64,000 bases of DNA from Oculina patagonica. Its lineage: Eukaryota. The notes beneath the pieces are model-generated. The model saw only the letters and a program-made list of their open reading frames with translations. It ran no database searches and had not been told where the DNA came from. The stretch is taken from positions 36,208,001-36,272,000 of the forward strand of contig NC_135761.1 in assembly GCF_052425735.1 (NCBI RefSeq). Reading direction: 5' to 3'. Below, piece by piece: positions 1-14,049 of the stretch (position 1 is its first letter; each line of letters opens with the position of its first letter). The position numbers were made by a program, and so were the translations under genes.

Positions 1-1957
1 AATTCTGAACGCGTTTTGGAAAGGGGGGGATTTTCAAAACGGGGGGAATTTTTACTTCTTGTGCGTGTCCGTTGGCTTTTTAAAAGTGTCCGTTGTCCGT
101 CTTAGAGAGGTGTCTTACAGAGAGATTTGTTACAGAAAAATGACTGAAAAACGGCAGGGACCATCGCCAGGTGTCCGTCTTATGAAGGTGTCCGTTCAGA
201 CTGAGAGAGTTGAGTGTAGTCTTTTAATAAAGTAGCCTCTGCCATAAAAAAGACAGCCAAAATTTAATTCTTGCTAAAAGTACACAAAATGAAAACGGAA
301 ACTCGCTCCAAGCGAGTAATGGTTCTCCTTTCTTGCAGTAACCGCCTTTCGTATCAGTGTAAATCTTGTCAAGCTATATTCTGAGATACAGCTCTTGTTT
401 TTTTGTGTGTCATTACGCGTACAAAACACTCGCGTACAAACTCTTATTTTTTCCAAACATGGTACTTGGCAAAACTGAATACCAAACGCTGTGGACTGCG
501 AGTTACATGTTTCAACCCTTTGTGAGTTTCGTCAGTTTCTGTCGAAATACATTTTTCATTGACTTGTTTTGAATTGATCTTTAAGAACTCAGAATATACG
601 AAATTCATTTAAATATATAAGGAAGGTTATTTGTTAATGGGGGCTTTTATTCGGAGGAGGGGGAATAAGCGAAATTTTACACCTTGCAGGCTTGCACACC
701 CTGAAGTTTGTTAGTCGGGAGGAGGAGCGAAGACCAGCGAAAAAAGAAACGATGGTCTAGCGAGTGGCGAAAGAACCCCTCGGCATATTGTAAGGGAGAA
801 AGCAAAGGCAGAAAACAAATTAAGATACAAACAAACCAACACAAAATTTTAAAAACAAACAAAAAAACAAACAACAGCGGAGCTACTGTTGGGGTTTTGA
901 CGTCGCACCCCACGAGACCACGGAGCCCTGGGTTCTAGATTGCACGAGGGGAATATTTGTGTCTTTTACATAATGTACTTGCTCCAAAAGCGGGTCTTTC
1001 GGTTGGAGGTGTGCCTCGAAATCAGCTGTTTTTGAAGACACTTTGCAGTGTTTGGGCGTTCTGGTAAGCTGTTATGTCTTTATCCTGTCCCGTATTCTAG
1101 TGCTTCAATATACTGCAAAGACTGTTTAGGCTTGGTTTCATTCAGTTAGCCTGTTGACTCGAAATTTATCTTCGATACGATGAAAATATGTCTTCTTGGG
1201 ATCAAATGACATTCCAGCTTCACGACCGCTTGTTTCATATTTTGCGCTTTGTATTTCTAGGAAATTTATAGAGTCTGGTGCAAATTTCCGAAGTGCCTTC
1301 GCTACAGCGAACGAAAAGCAGTGTCTTTACGACGTAAATTATCTAATTTTTCCTCTTATACTTTAATAGCATAGCATGTACATGTTTATAAGCGATCACC
1401 CGCTTAATAAGCAATCACAAAATTGACTTCCACCCCGGTGAAAGAATTTGCTGTCGTTTCGCCCGAAGATTGAAAGTCTGTTCGCCCAGACTATTCCTTA
1501 AACGCTATTTAGAAAGCAGTTTCAATCACCATCGCACAATTTCAGCCACGATCGTTTGCAAAAAGAGTGGAGACCCATTTTCACCTCAAAAAATTATACC
1601 CTGCTCTGAATGCACCTCCCTCCCCATTCAATCAAATATGTTGTCTGCATTTCAGGATTACATCCAAATCTTTAAACAACAACTTCGAAAGGGGAGTACG
1701 GTTCAATATAATTTGTTTATTTTGGCAAGGAAGGCTTGCAGGGCTCATATAGGTCATGGAAAATCTGGAAAATCATGAAATTTTAGAATGCAGACTCTGA
1801 CTGAGCAAATGTATTCATCTAGAAAATTTTGCTTCATGCAAATTAAGAAACTCTGATTTTAATGACATTGGATATTTAATTTATTATTAGTCTTGAGTGT
1901 GGCATCTTGATGATGCCAACACGTAGACTTACATCTATAATTATCGTTATTGTCATA

Positions 1958-2249
1958 CCGTAATGATTCGATTTAGCGCCCTCCTTCCAATAAGTGCCCC
2001 CTTCCGAATAAGGGCCCCCCTTCGAATGTGTTTTTGTAAATAAGTGCCCCTATTCCAATAAGCACCCCCATTCTTATTAGCGCCCCCATTCAGATAAGCA
2101 CCCCTATTCTAATGAGTGCCCCTATTGTGGATAACTGCCCCTACTGAAGTCACTGACCTCAACTAGATAAACTTCTGACCTTTCACCGTACAGTTTATGT
2201 ATATATATTTTTTTTTTTTCGTTGGAGGGATAAAAATAATGGAAATTAG

Positions 2250-2296
<47 letters not shown>

Positions 2297-2299
2297 GTT

Positions 2300-2334
<35 letters not shown>

Positions 2335-2552
2335 TATTTACTGTTAAAATGAACAATTATTTTAAAAGTAACTGAACTTTTAACCATTTCTAACTGTTAC
2401 AGTTCCTGTTATTGTTTTAGATACATTTGTTTGTTTCTCAAAAAATTAAATAAGCGCCCTGTCCCGAATAAGCGCCCTGTCTCGAATAAGCGCCCTCCCT
2501 TGCGGTGCAAAAACTAAATAAGCACAACAGGCGCTAAATCGAATCATTACGG
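1958..2552. mobile_element. pogo/mariner-type MITE
   Basis: TA|CCGTAATGATTCGATTTAGCGCC...GGCGCTAAATCGAATCATTACGG|TA with tandem AATAAGCGCCC-like motifs. Confidence 0.85.
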
Positions 2553-2558
2553 TAGTTA

Positions 2559-2559
2559 C

Positions 2560-2605
<46 letters not shown>

Positions 2606-2612
2606 ATTATTA
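2559..2612. repeat. (TTA)n microsatellite
   Basis: Directly visible. Confidence 0.95.
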
Positions 2613-2837
2613 TTTATGGGAGAGTGCGAGCTTGTAGCTTGTAGCTTGATTCAGGTTTTTTTCCCTATAATCAGTTTTCTTCTTTACAAACACTAGAACA
2701 AATGTCAAAGGACATGGGACACTCCTCTGCCGGCACAAATGCACTGAATCTTATAAAGATGGTTGGACAGCTTTGATACAAGCTGGCATGCTGGGTTAGC
2801 TGACAAGTCTCAATGACAGTAGGTAATTAAAACACAT

Positions 2838-3360
2838 TATATGGCTACAATAGTACGCGCGCTCTGATTGGCTGCTGAGCGGGCATTATTTTCTTGTAAT
2901 GACCGGGCATTATGAAAATTTTCTCGGCTCAACGGTTTGAGTTGTGAGAAAGCACAGATAGAAAAGGGCATTATGAAAATTTTTCTCGGCTCAACGGTTT
3001 TTTGAGTTGTGAGTAAAAGCTACTAGCGAGGGGGCAAAAACAACAAAAAATGCCGACAAAAATGTAACTACCTTTTCAATAACTGAAAGAAAACCGATAC
3101 TTCTTTAGTATGAGCGACGAAGAAAGCCACAGAGAGCGAGAGCAAGTTTTACCTCCAGTGTTTTCTCCCTTGATTATACTCTTTTTTGAATAGTGCTTAA
3201 AGGCCATATAATAAATAACTTATTAACCTTGTCCGTTCGGTCATTACAGGGGAATCTCAGACCTCGACCTTGATGTATTGACCTCGCTGTCGCGCGGTCA
3301 ATACATCAAGGCCTCGGTCTGAGATTCCCCTGTAATGACCTCACTCTCGGTTAATAAGTA
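2838..3360. mobile_element. Non-autonomous Crypton-like element with terminal hairpin
   Basis: CGCGCTCTGATTGG motif at the left end and a long imperfect palindrome at 3218-3358. Confidence 0.5.
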
Positions 3361-4977
3361 GTATGTAATGGATAGAACCTTGGATGTGCAGAATACATTC
3401 ACAGTTGTTCATTTAAAATGTAGTTGATATTTTGACTAACTTAGTTTATGAATTAACCAATCAGATTTGAAATGCATTTTTAATTAGATCTTGGTAAACT
3501 AAGTTTATGGATCGACCAATCAGAACGTGTATGTAATCTGAACCATCCTTTATATAAACTAAGTTTATGAACAAACCAATCAGCTTCAAGAATATGTAAA
3601 ACATCATTTCTAAATTTAGGTTCATCTGTCTTATTTAACTCAACACCATAAAATGCAGACAACAATGAGTAGAGCTGCCTGAGACTATTTATCTCCAATG
3701 TTGTTCCTTTTAGTCATTATTATATTTTTAAGATATTTTAGCTGGAAATCCCACAAATGAACCTTTATTTCTGTATCAAAAGCTATGCTATGCACTTTTG
3801 GTATGTTAATGTCTGGTTTGTTTATGACGTTGCCATTGATGTGGTGATCGAAGTAGTACACAACGCACAGGTTTTGTAACCCTGTTTCCATGAACAGAAG
3901 TTGTTTCATTTGAATTTGACATAGGCTATTTTTTTAAGTCCATGAGTGAACACACCAAAATATGTGGTCGTTATGCTTACTAGAACTATTATTCTCTTTT
4001 TCGGACAGAACTGACAGGTCGAGGGTCACAGTAGTGAAAAGTGTAAAAGTGCTGTTCCAAAGTCAATTTCTCTTTCTGCAAGAAAAACATAAAAAACCTT
4101 TGTACTAGTGTCCATTTCACATACATTTATCGACTTAATTGAAACAGCTAATGTTAGACACCTACATAATTCTCACTATATTATATAGACTATGAATCAC
4201 CAGTTTGTGAGTAAAAGCGATGTAGGGACTAAGACCTTAGCACCAAAGGCATTTGGTTGAGGTGATGCGACGCAAGTAAATTTGGTACGACAGCTGCAGT
4301 GTCATTTCCATGTCCATTCCGAGTTGAAGAGGTCGATGAATCGAGGTCTTGGAGCCAATAGTCACTGTGCCGGAATTTGATTGCGTCATTTTGGCCACAC
4401 CTTGAATGATTGGAACGAAATCATGCGGCCAGTCTATTGATCTCTTAGCACATCACTGAGAGGCTGGCTCGGTGACTTGCTCATCGAAACCTTCAAGCGT
4501 GTTTTCTTGGGGGTGTTTCGGGTGGCTCAAACTGGGAACTTTGAATTCCAACTCAAGTTTTTGAACTTGCTGATTGTATGTGAGTAGAGATGATGAATCC
4601 TGTAGAGAAATTGGCGGGGGCGGAGCGGCAGGTACCGTAGCTGCTTTGGATTTGGATGATTTGGATTGTTTTGTTGACTGAACATGCTGGACCGTATCAC
4701 CTTTCTCCTCTAGATCAAAATCCTCGTGAAATAATGAGCTTGAAGGAAGATATTAGAGAAAATCAGGATCAAATACTTTCTTGGATTTACATTTTGGGCA
4801 TGCGCCTGCGGAGAGTGCCATTGAGAAGAGCTTGGAGAGCAAAACAATGTGGATAATACCGTAAAAACCTGCAGATAAGCCGCACCTTTTTTCAAAAAAT
4901 TTTTGGGGGGGGGGGGGGGGGGGGTTGTGGGGGGGGAATGTGGAAAAAAGGAGAGTTTTTTTTTTTTGATTGTTATT

Positions 4978-5358
4978 NNNNNNNNNNNNNNNNNNNNNNN
5001 NNNNNNNNNNNNNNNNNNNNNNNNNNNNNNNNNNNNNNNNNNNNNNNNNNNNNNNNNNNNNNNNNNNNNNNNNNNNNNNNNNNNNNNNNNNNNNNNNNNN
5101 NNNNNNNNNNNNNNNNNNNNNNNNNNNNNNNNNNNNNNNNNNNNNNNNNNNNNNNNNNNNNNNNNNNNNNNNNNNNNNNNNNNNNNNNNNNNNNNNNNNN
5201 NNNNNNNNNNNNNNNNNNNNNNNNNNNNNNNNNNNNNNNNNNNNNNNNNNNNNNNNNNNNNNNNNNNNNNNNNNNNNNNNNNNNNNNNNNNNNNNNNNNN
5301 NNNNNNNNNNNNNNNNNNNNNNNNNNNNNNNNNNNNNNNNNNNNNNNNNNNNNNNNNN
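4978..5358. other. Assembly gap
   Basis: Run of N, preceded by low-complexity G/T runs. Confidence 0.99.
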
Positions 5359-6449
5359 GGATCTTACGCTGTAGAATGCACAGTCGATTATAAGAGATAT
5401 TCGATACCCATGTAACTAGTTAATTAACCGTCATTAATAAATGATTTCTCCATTACTGTCAGTTCCTCACTATCAAAATGAATTTGCTATTTATATTGGG
5501 TTTTTTCACATCTGAGTGACAACTTTAAGGATTGCTTTTGAGTTTTTCTTAGGAACCCTTGGTAGCAGGATGTGCAATGTACAAATTAACAAATTTTTCG
5601 TAAAAAAATTAAAAACCATTTAAACTTTATACTATTACAGTGTCACATCTTGCAGTGGGCACTTTCTTCTAAACAGAGCATCTTGGAAATCCACCAATTC
5701 ATTTTTTGTTTGTTTGTCTTATTTCTCATTGGGAATGATGTGTTTCCCTGCAACCTTTCTCATCGTTTTTTTCCTTGTTTTTGATCATTGAAGGCCTTCT
5801 TAGTCAATTGTACCTGTGTAGTAAATGACAACGCTCCTGAGATTAAAAAAAGCATCGTACTTAACAGCTTTGATCAATTCCATTTAATACAGTATTCAAT
5901 GTGTGGGGAATCAAAATTTATTGAAAAATTTAAACTGTTTCTTACCGTAATAAACTAAACCTTGTTAATTTCTTATAGTTGACACCACACTTATGTCAAA
6001 GTGAAACATCTCTAATTTAAAATTGGATTACCTGAACTGCAAAAGTAAGAACCTATTAGGAGATTTGCTTTGTTTTATGCATCTATTATAAAGACTTATT
6101 TAGTTTGTTTTACATATGACTTTAAGTAGTAGTCCAAACCAAGACCTGGTTGGGATTGAAATACCTAGTTATCTGGCTTTAGTCCTGTTCTAACAACTCA
6201 ATAGACTCTCTATCCAGCACTCTGGTTAAAATTTTTTGTACTGTTTCTGTTTGAGTGGTATATGCCTGAGAATTAGCTTGCTGAAACAACAATCTCATTA
6301 TTCTCTTTGCAATGCAAGTACCGGTAAAAGCATGCTTACTAGTGAAAAAATGTTATTTTTTCTCAATCAATGCTTTCAGTTCCTTCTCTCCTTTTTTAGG
6401 CCCCATCATAGTTTTCAGTGTTTTGTTATACAGGATTAAAATTTCCCAT

Positions 6450-7950
6450 TGCCAAAAGGATAAAATAAGCACCAGTTGCTTGATAGTCACTTTAAGTTGT
6501 CTCTTCCCACTGGCCCCTTCTTTTTCTTTCTTCCTCTACAATTTTTTTCCACCAAGCTATTTCACCTGGCTTCATTCGCACAGAAATGTGCTTTAGTGCT
6601 CCTCCATCATACCTGTTGTTGGGCATTTGGAATTATCTGGTCATTGCAGCGACGTTGTGCCTTCTGGTAGCTTTTCTAGTACAACAAAAGGGCTTTCGCT
6701 AGGCAGCCACTCCTTTTTCTCAGCCGTAGCCCAATTCCTGTATGTCTACATCTCCAGTTGACCCTGCTCATTCAGTTTAAAATGGAACGCACAGGGATGT
6801 GGCTGTGCAAGGGTGAAGCCACTACTTAATGTCAAATGTTTTTCTCTGTATACAGTGGATGGAGATGAGGTATAGCAATTGTGTATAACGTTTCTGAAAT
6901 GTTCTGGACAGTGTCATGTTTTCCGTCCTTCTCAGTGCTTTAGCGATCCTGCTAAACATCTGAATAAAAAAATGAATGTTTTTGTGCCTTGGGGTAGGTG
7001 CTTCAAAAATATACAAATGTGTTATCATCATCATAATCATTATTATATTACTATTATTGACTGGTTAACTGCATTTTTAATCAACACTGAAATTACTAAA
7101 AAATTTACCTGACTGATGTCCTCGTGTGTGTCCAACCATAAGATATAACAAACAAACCTATCAATATTTTTTGATAATAATAGTAAAAAAATTAAGGATG
7201 AATTAACCAAAAAAGTAAAGTAGGAACAAGAAAAAATATTGTATTTGTGGAAAAAATATTTTGGAAGCTAACTAAATGAACATTTTTTAAACAATTTAAT
7301 TTTGCATTGTTATAAAAGAGAGTTTTGCTACAGCCCCTTTTTGTTGTCATGCTATCTGTTTTTAAATGCTCACTGTTCAACTCTTTTTAGACAGACACTA
7401 TATTAAATAAACAGTTACAGTTTACTTATTACCATTTTTAAACACTCTGGCCTAAGGATGTGTATGCTCTTACAATTCCTGTAACAGTTATCCAACTGAA
7501 GGTAAGCTCCCCCTCTTTAAATGAAGTAGCAGATCATAATACACATTAGTTTTAATATTAAATCCTATCAGTAGAGGCCTTCATAGAAAGTTGAAATTAA
7601 AACAAAAATCACTTTCACCTTAAAGAGTACCTAAAAGTTCAAGACTCAACATGGAGTTAAGAACATTTGCAGAGTTGAAACAAAATGCCCACTATTTTGT
7701 CTTCCTTGGGAAATAATCATGTTTGCTGTTGCTGAGGCCTTTAAAATTTTCCATTTCATTGTTTTGGAATTCTGTGAACAGCATCTTATGTATCAGCTAC
7801 ATGTATCTTTACATTATATGCAGATACACCTGTACAAGTATCCTGTACATCCATTCACCAGTTCATGGTTTTTCTTTCAAGCTGGAGATGGTCTGCACAG
7901 TTCATGGTTTCTTCAGTGAGTTGATCTGATCTTTCAAAGTTTGAATGTAG
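6450..7950 (-). pseudogene. Decayed, intron-containing Sola1-type transposase remnant
   Basis: Frameshifted YLMVGHT/HEDISQ near 7110-7145, then MFSRIAKALRR...FDIK and HFKLNEQGQLEM*TYRNW...WLP, resembling the Sola1 GHTHEDIDQ.FS region. Confidence 0.55.
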
Positions 7951-8139
7951 TATACCTTACTAAAACATTAACTCAAATAATCAATTGGTGAGCCCAGTAA
8001 ATTAAGGTGCTATAGAATTCCCCTACTCAAAATAGACTAAATACAGCAATATAAATCAGCAATATAAAAAGCTAAAAGATCAAAAGCCTTACCTTGGTTT
8101 CAGTGTAGCTCCTAATGAGTTGGTCTTTGAGGACGCGGT

Positions 8140-9285
8140 TGAATTTAAGGAGAAACTTTCGCTTGTGCCTGCAAGTTGATACAAGCTCATTACGTTTGTT
8201 AATGTTGCCATGTCCGGTTTGTATGAAAGAATTTTTCGGTATTACATAGATTACATCGTTTGGAAAGATTAGTGTAAGATCTGGCCTTGGCTAGAATTTC
8301 CACGTGATTTTAAAGTCTTTCTTATGATCTTTCAGCTGCCATAAATGTTTGCTTAGTTCAGTGTCATTCTTTTTGTTTTCATGTTTAAATGACGTTTGGT
8401 GATTTCGCCACCTCGTTTTGAACTCTGTGGCGGTAAGGCCTACGTACATCTCAGTGCTTTCAGCTGTAGTGATTGTGGCTTGGTATACTACATCTTTGAC
8501 CAAGCACTCTCCTTCCAAAGGGCATTTTTCTGGCTGGCGGCAGTTACATGTTTTGGGTTGTTTTATCAGGAGGCATGTTCTGTCTTAAAACGGTTTTGTT
8601 GTGTCCATCGATGATTTGTTTAACATTAGGTGAACAACTGTAACTCAGCTAAACATTATTTTTGTTGAAAAGTTTTCTTAGTTTATGGTTGGGTGGGAAG
8701 CAGTTCTTGATCAAATATAGAAATTCACTACCTTTGTTGGTTTGTACATTTTTACTAAATGGTAGGTTGAACCATATTATGTTTCGCTGCCTCTTTCTCT
8801 TGTCGGTGGCTTGTTCAGGTGGCTGCTGTTGTGGTGGGTTGAATTTGAGGGTGTATGAATAACTGCTTTTCTGCCTCTTGGTGGGGTGCTGTTGCTTCAT
8901 TGAAGGTTTCCTCGTCTGATGAGATCTCAGATAACCTTTTGGTAATTGCTTCAGGGATGTTTTTTATTATGCTTGGGGGGTGGTTAGATTTGCTGTGTAC
9001 ATAGAGCAGAGTTGTTGTTGGCTTTGAATAAGGCTTGTGCTTTTCAGTGGTTAGGTCTAGTGTTACGTCAAGGAAATTTACGACTTTTTTGTTGGCTTCA
9101 ACTGTGATGCGTAGGTTGTTTTTGGCGAACACTTTGCAGATTTCTTTTTTAATTTTTTCAATTTTTTGCGGGGTTTGGCCCAGGACTGCTAAGCCGTCAT
9201 CTCTGTTAAGCCCAATTTCCATGTCGTAAGGGATTTCTTTGAGCTGTGAGAGTATCTAGTTTCCGACTAATTTGCATGTTTCTGA
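8140..9285 (-). mobile_element. Penelope-like retroelement fragment (RT C-terminus and GIY-YIG endonuclease), degenerate
   Basis: [36 protein letters not shown] and VVYQ...YVGLTATEFKTRWRNH motifs across several frameshifted ORFs. Confidence 0.85.
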
Positions 9286-12200
9286 TCTCTATACATATAT
9301 AAAATATATGCATTACAAAGCCTAAATATTCAGTTAAAAAAACAAGAAAACAAATTCAGTGTCTTTTATGATTAAAACTATGATAACTTGAGAATAGTAT
9401 GTACAGTTTAAAATATTTAATTCCAAATATTTTTTTAAGAACAGTGAAATAAAAAGAGATTTACCAGACATGCAGATTTTTTTCTAGTCTGCTGGCATCT
9501 GTTATATTGACATTCTACCATACTTATTTTATACCTGTACTTAAATTCTGGGTTTCTCATCCTGCTCAAGAGGGACAGTTTTGAGGCAGAGGCCTGCTGG
9601 AAACATGTTGCCCAACAACTTGAGATACCTTGGCAGCAGTTCTCTTCTGTCTGTTTGTCATTCTGGACTGATACGTTTGGTCTAAAACTGCTTTGAGGTT
9701 TTTTTTAATTTCTCTTTCCCACTTTAGTGGCTTTACATGTCTTGGAGGGAGGGGGGGGGGCAGTTGTTTCCTCTCCTTCACCGCTCTCCTCACATAAAGT
9801 TTAACAAGTTTAGAAATCCTACATTGTCCTTCCTTGATCACATTTCACAATAAAAAAAATGAAATTGTAAAACAAAGTTGTTTAATTAATTGATTGACCC
9901 AGAAATGAACTGTATGAAATGTAATTGATTATGACCTCCAACTTTTTAGAATGGTCCAAAAGCAAAAATTGACAGAAAAGAATACCTTGTGGAAGGGCAT
10001 TTACTCCCGCAAACACCTCTTCTGTCAAAACAATCTCTTTTTCCCCAACTGAAACATTGCGCTCAAGGACAAAAATCACTGCTTCCTTTGTCAAATCAAC
10101 AGTGCAATTTCTGGTATAGGGGCTATAAAGGAAGATGTCATTTTCCGATGGAAGATTAATGTCAGTCTTGTTTAAATGAGGGTGGTGTTGATTTTGGACT
10201 ATGGTAGAGGTAACAACTCTGAGGAGGAAAGGTGAGGAAAGAGCTTGCCAATTCCTTGGAGTCAAGAACACGAAGAAGGATCTTAACTTTGACCTGAAAT
10301 GATTCTTCTCTGTACACCTCAAATATGTTTATGTGTGTTAGACACAGCAGCTCATCAACAAGAATTTAAAGGTAATGCTTAAGGTTGAAAGCTTCCTTGC
10401 CATCCGCTTGTGCTAGAATATTACCAACAAGAATTAGAACTACCGGTATTGGCCACATGGAGGGATTTGTTTTGATTTTGCTCCAAGGATTTAAACCATC
10501 CAGACAAAGTGTTGAAAACTGTGAATAATATCCAAAACATGTAAATAAACACTAAAAAAATAAATTCAAAAATACACATAAATAAGAAAAGAAAAACATT
10601 TGATTGGGTCCGAAATTCCAATGGGCCCGAGGCAGGCAGGTAGTGAGTCTGGACCGAACACAACGACGACAGCAAATGCGCAACAGACCGCACACTGCTG
10701 GCCCGCCAGACAGAAGTGCGTGCAGTAGGCGCCACGCACGATAGTGGACGGGAACATACGAGGCCCGAGGCCGAACGCCGTGAGTGCCCAACACCAACCG
10801 CAGCACTGACCCCCTTGAGCAAGGGTACATTTCTCTGTCTCCATTTTCCTAATTCTTAAGTAAAGCTTCGCCCCTTGCAGAGTGAGGCTCCAATTAAGCT
10901 CAATCCTTGAACTTGTCCTCATTTATAGTTGTCATGATGGTGGCACTGGTAAATTTTGTTGGGTTTTCTCGAACCATATTTTGTTTGATAACATTCTGGC
11001 TACACACTAGAGGCAAATTTGTCTGAGGCTGTTCAGGGACCTCCTGGGTAAGCTGCATGTTTAAAAACAATGGCTGGTTAGGCTGTTTGGGACATCCCAG
11101 GGAAAATGATCTATAACTGGATTTAGCAATTGGTTGATGCTTCACACTAATAGCTCTTGGGATTTGTTAATTGTCTTAACTAGGTTAAGAATAATTAGAG
11201 GCCCTTGAGCTAGCATTCCAGGAATATGGAGGTCCTTCTCTTACCACAGCACTGTAAGATGGTTTTGGTAATCGATAACTTACTAATATATCATTTTTCA
11301 TTATATCTAATCCAATTAATGAACCAACCTTTATCACAATGTTGCCCGTATTTTCTTCTTTCACCTCAAGCTGACCGCTGACTGTACAAATATCTTAATT
11401 TGCTAAGAATGTTAAAGGAACAGAAGTTAAAGCATTTGTAGCTGTGGAGTTTCAAAGAGGAGTCAGACTGACGTTATTTGATCTTACTTGCTGAACATTC
11501 CCCCCTGTGATCTCCTGTAGCCTTTGACACTGATATTCTCAGCCGGCTGCATCTCATTAATAGCATCCAGAAGTCTCCTCTCCTTGATTTGATTCTGGCG
11601 TGCCACACTTCTGCCATTTTGAATATAAAATTTCCCGTTCAGATCCAAATCCTTTTTGGCTTCTTGATTATCTGAATTTGGTGGTTCATCAACTTCTCTT
11701 ATTGGGATGGGTGGACTGGAAAAGTGAAGTCACACAACTTCGTCACTACTCATGCTTCCTCTGGTCCTCTTTGCTTGATTAACTGCTTTGGCTTTACCCA
11801 GTAAATTACTGTTATAACTCCTTATGTACTAACAGCTTTCTGGGTCTCAATTACTTTCCGCAAAAACATGCTCCTTCACAGCCTCCCTCTACCATGCTTT
11901 CCCTTCGAATATGTTATTGTCACAACAAGAATTTGGAAACTGGTGCCAATTTAAAATGGAGTGTATAAAGGGCTCGTCTTGGGCTGAAATTGCTTTGAAA
12001 AGTTAGTTTTTCCACCTTAATTAACAAACCATTAAAGAATGAAATAAACTGCAAGTTCAAAATGTGAAGTAATTATACGAATGCTGTGATGTGCTTTACT
12101 CTTAGAAATAGAAATAAAATAGAAATAGCAACAGAATGACAATTAAGCGAAGAGAATCAAAAAACAATTCAAAACAACTATAAGCTCACAACATGCCCCC

Positions 12201-13639
12201 CTCAAACAGCACGTCCCGAGCCAAAAAGAGAAAAAAAAAAAGGAAAATGAAACGAAAAACTGAAAAAAACAAGGAAACACAAAATGAAAAGAACCAAAAA
12301 ATGCCAGTCAACACCGCGCAAACGACCAAAATGCAAAGCCCATCAACACCAGTCCCATGCAAACGGTCAAGACCGGGACAAGAAGGAGGAGGGAGAGGCA
12401 CCCCCAAAACCAAATATACCACAGCACAAAAGAAGAAGAGGAGAAAAATGACATGTAGCTGGCAGAGACAAGGGCCAATGCAACATAAGGCACAGTACCT
12501 TAACTAAGGTGATCAGTGTGGCAGGAGTGCGGTCACGTGACAGCCCAGGCCCAAACTGCAACCCAACCCAAAACAACCCTAACCCCAACAACGTAACCCT
12601 AACCCTAACCCACAGCCCTGACCCGCAACCCAATCCAACACCATATAGGCGCCCAGCCACTCCATGTGTCCGTGACCCATTCCCCCCCCGAGACTGACCT
12701 GGGACAGCGCACGACGGCGAGCTGCCACGGGCCCCCAGGGGAGAGCGGGACGAGGACCGAGGCCGGCCGCGGGAAGGCGCGGGGGAGGGTTCATATTTCG
12801 TTTTCAAAATACAATAATTACCAAATTTCACAATAAATTTAATTAATTCAGTCTAAATAAATACTTTTCCATAAAAAGTCTTAAAAAAGTTTCATAACTT
12901 CTCCTATAATCTCTTTTCCCATTTTATGGACTATCTAGCTCGTCAGGCTCATTTCGCTGTTCCTCGTCGACTGTAGCGAATCGGGACACGTAAGGGAATT
13001 GCCCGTGGGTTCAAGGCCACAGCTAGGGCATAAAAATTAGCTGACTCTTTACTCTCTTTTCTCCACCGTATCCACATTCATCAATTGATGGTCTTCCAGA
13101 GATCCATGCTGTTAGCTAATATATTTACAAAATTGAATTTTTAAATAAATGATGAGTTCTATATGTGTAGGTATATAAAATAAAAGGAGTATTACTAGTT
13201 TGGTTACGCTCAAGGCGTAGACTAGTCAGTTGAGAAGGTGTCAGTTTTGTTCAATTCAGGACGTTGGAGCGACGCTTCCTCTGATTGTTGTTTTGTGCGG
13301 TTTGTTCAGCTCGGATTTTTGTTTGGAGGTTTGCGAGTAGATGCAGTTTCTACCAGGTTGCAGGAGGGTCCTGTTGCTCTTGCCCTGATGATGGCTTTGT
13401 CGATTTTCTGTCCTTAGTCAGATGTGTTTTGAAGTAAGTGTATGTGAGTGGGGAAGAAGTTGTGATTTTGTTCGTGATTTTTTTGAGATCTAGTTTCGGA
13501 AAGTAGGTGCCCGGAGGCTTGTTCTCGTGAGGTGTAGTGATTGTGGTGATATGTTGCTGTTGTGAGCTGCTACTAGGTTTTTTGTCTATGATTTGTTGTT
13601 GAATATGTGTAGGTATATATATATCTTAATATTTGACAA

Positions 13640-13905
13640 TTCTTTTAAACCTATTGAGATCTTTCGTTTGTTTGACTTCCACGGAAAGTGCATTCTATGC
13701 TACCAGTCCTTTATAGGCGTGGCTCCTTTTAAGAAACTCAGTGTTTGGTTTTGGGACACATAGGTTTATATGGCAGCCTATAGTTTCATAGTGGTGAATC
13801 TCTCTAACTGGAGCGAAGTTTCGTGCCAACGAGTGTGGTGCTAAATTATTGACAATTTTATACATAGTTGCTACTTCTTGTTGGTACCAGCGATCTTCTA
13901 CTCTG
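13640..13905 (-). mobile_element. CR1/L2-type LINE 3' fragment
   Basis: MYKIVNNLAP...LCVPKPNTEFLKRSHAYKGLVA*NALS...FKR. Confidence 0.7.
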
Positions 13906-14049
13906 CATTATAAATGTGAAATAAAATTTCACCTCACATGTGTTACAGCCAACATAATCTGGTAATATTTGATAAATTAAAGAACCTTTTTAGGAAGAAA
14001 ACGTACAGAGTTAGAAAGGTCTACAGTGATTGTAAGCCTTTCCTCTACT

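Noticed and set aside
2163-2387. Poly-Lys ORF (similar at 48513-48731)
   Set aside because: Poly-T runs that look like low-quality read tails or simple repeats.
4903-5415. ORFs across the N run
   Set aside because: Gap artefact.
10560-10830. GC-rich island with overlapping ORFs (similar at 690-950 and 12190-12500)
   Set aside because: No recognisable motif; A-rich lead-ins and abrupt composition shifts suggest unpolished sequence.
9560-11800. Several ORFs of up to ~150 aa
   Set aside because: No motif or splice model that I could support.
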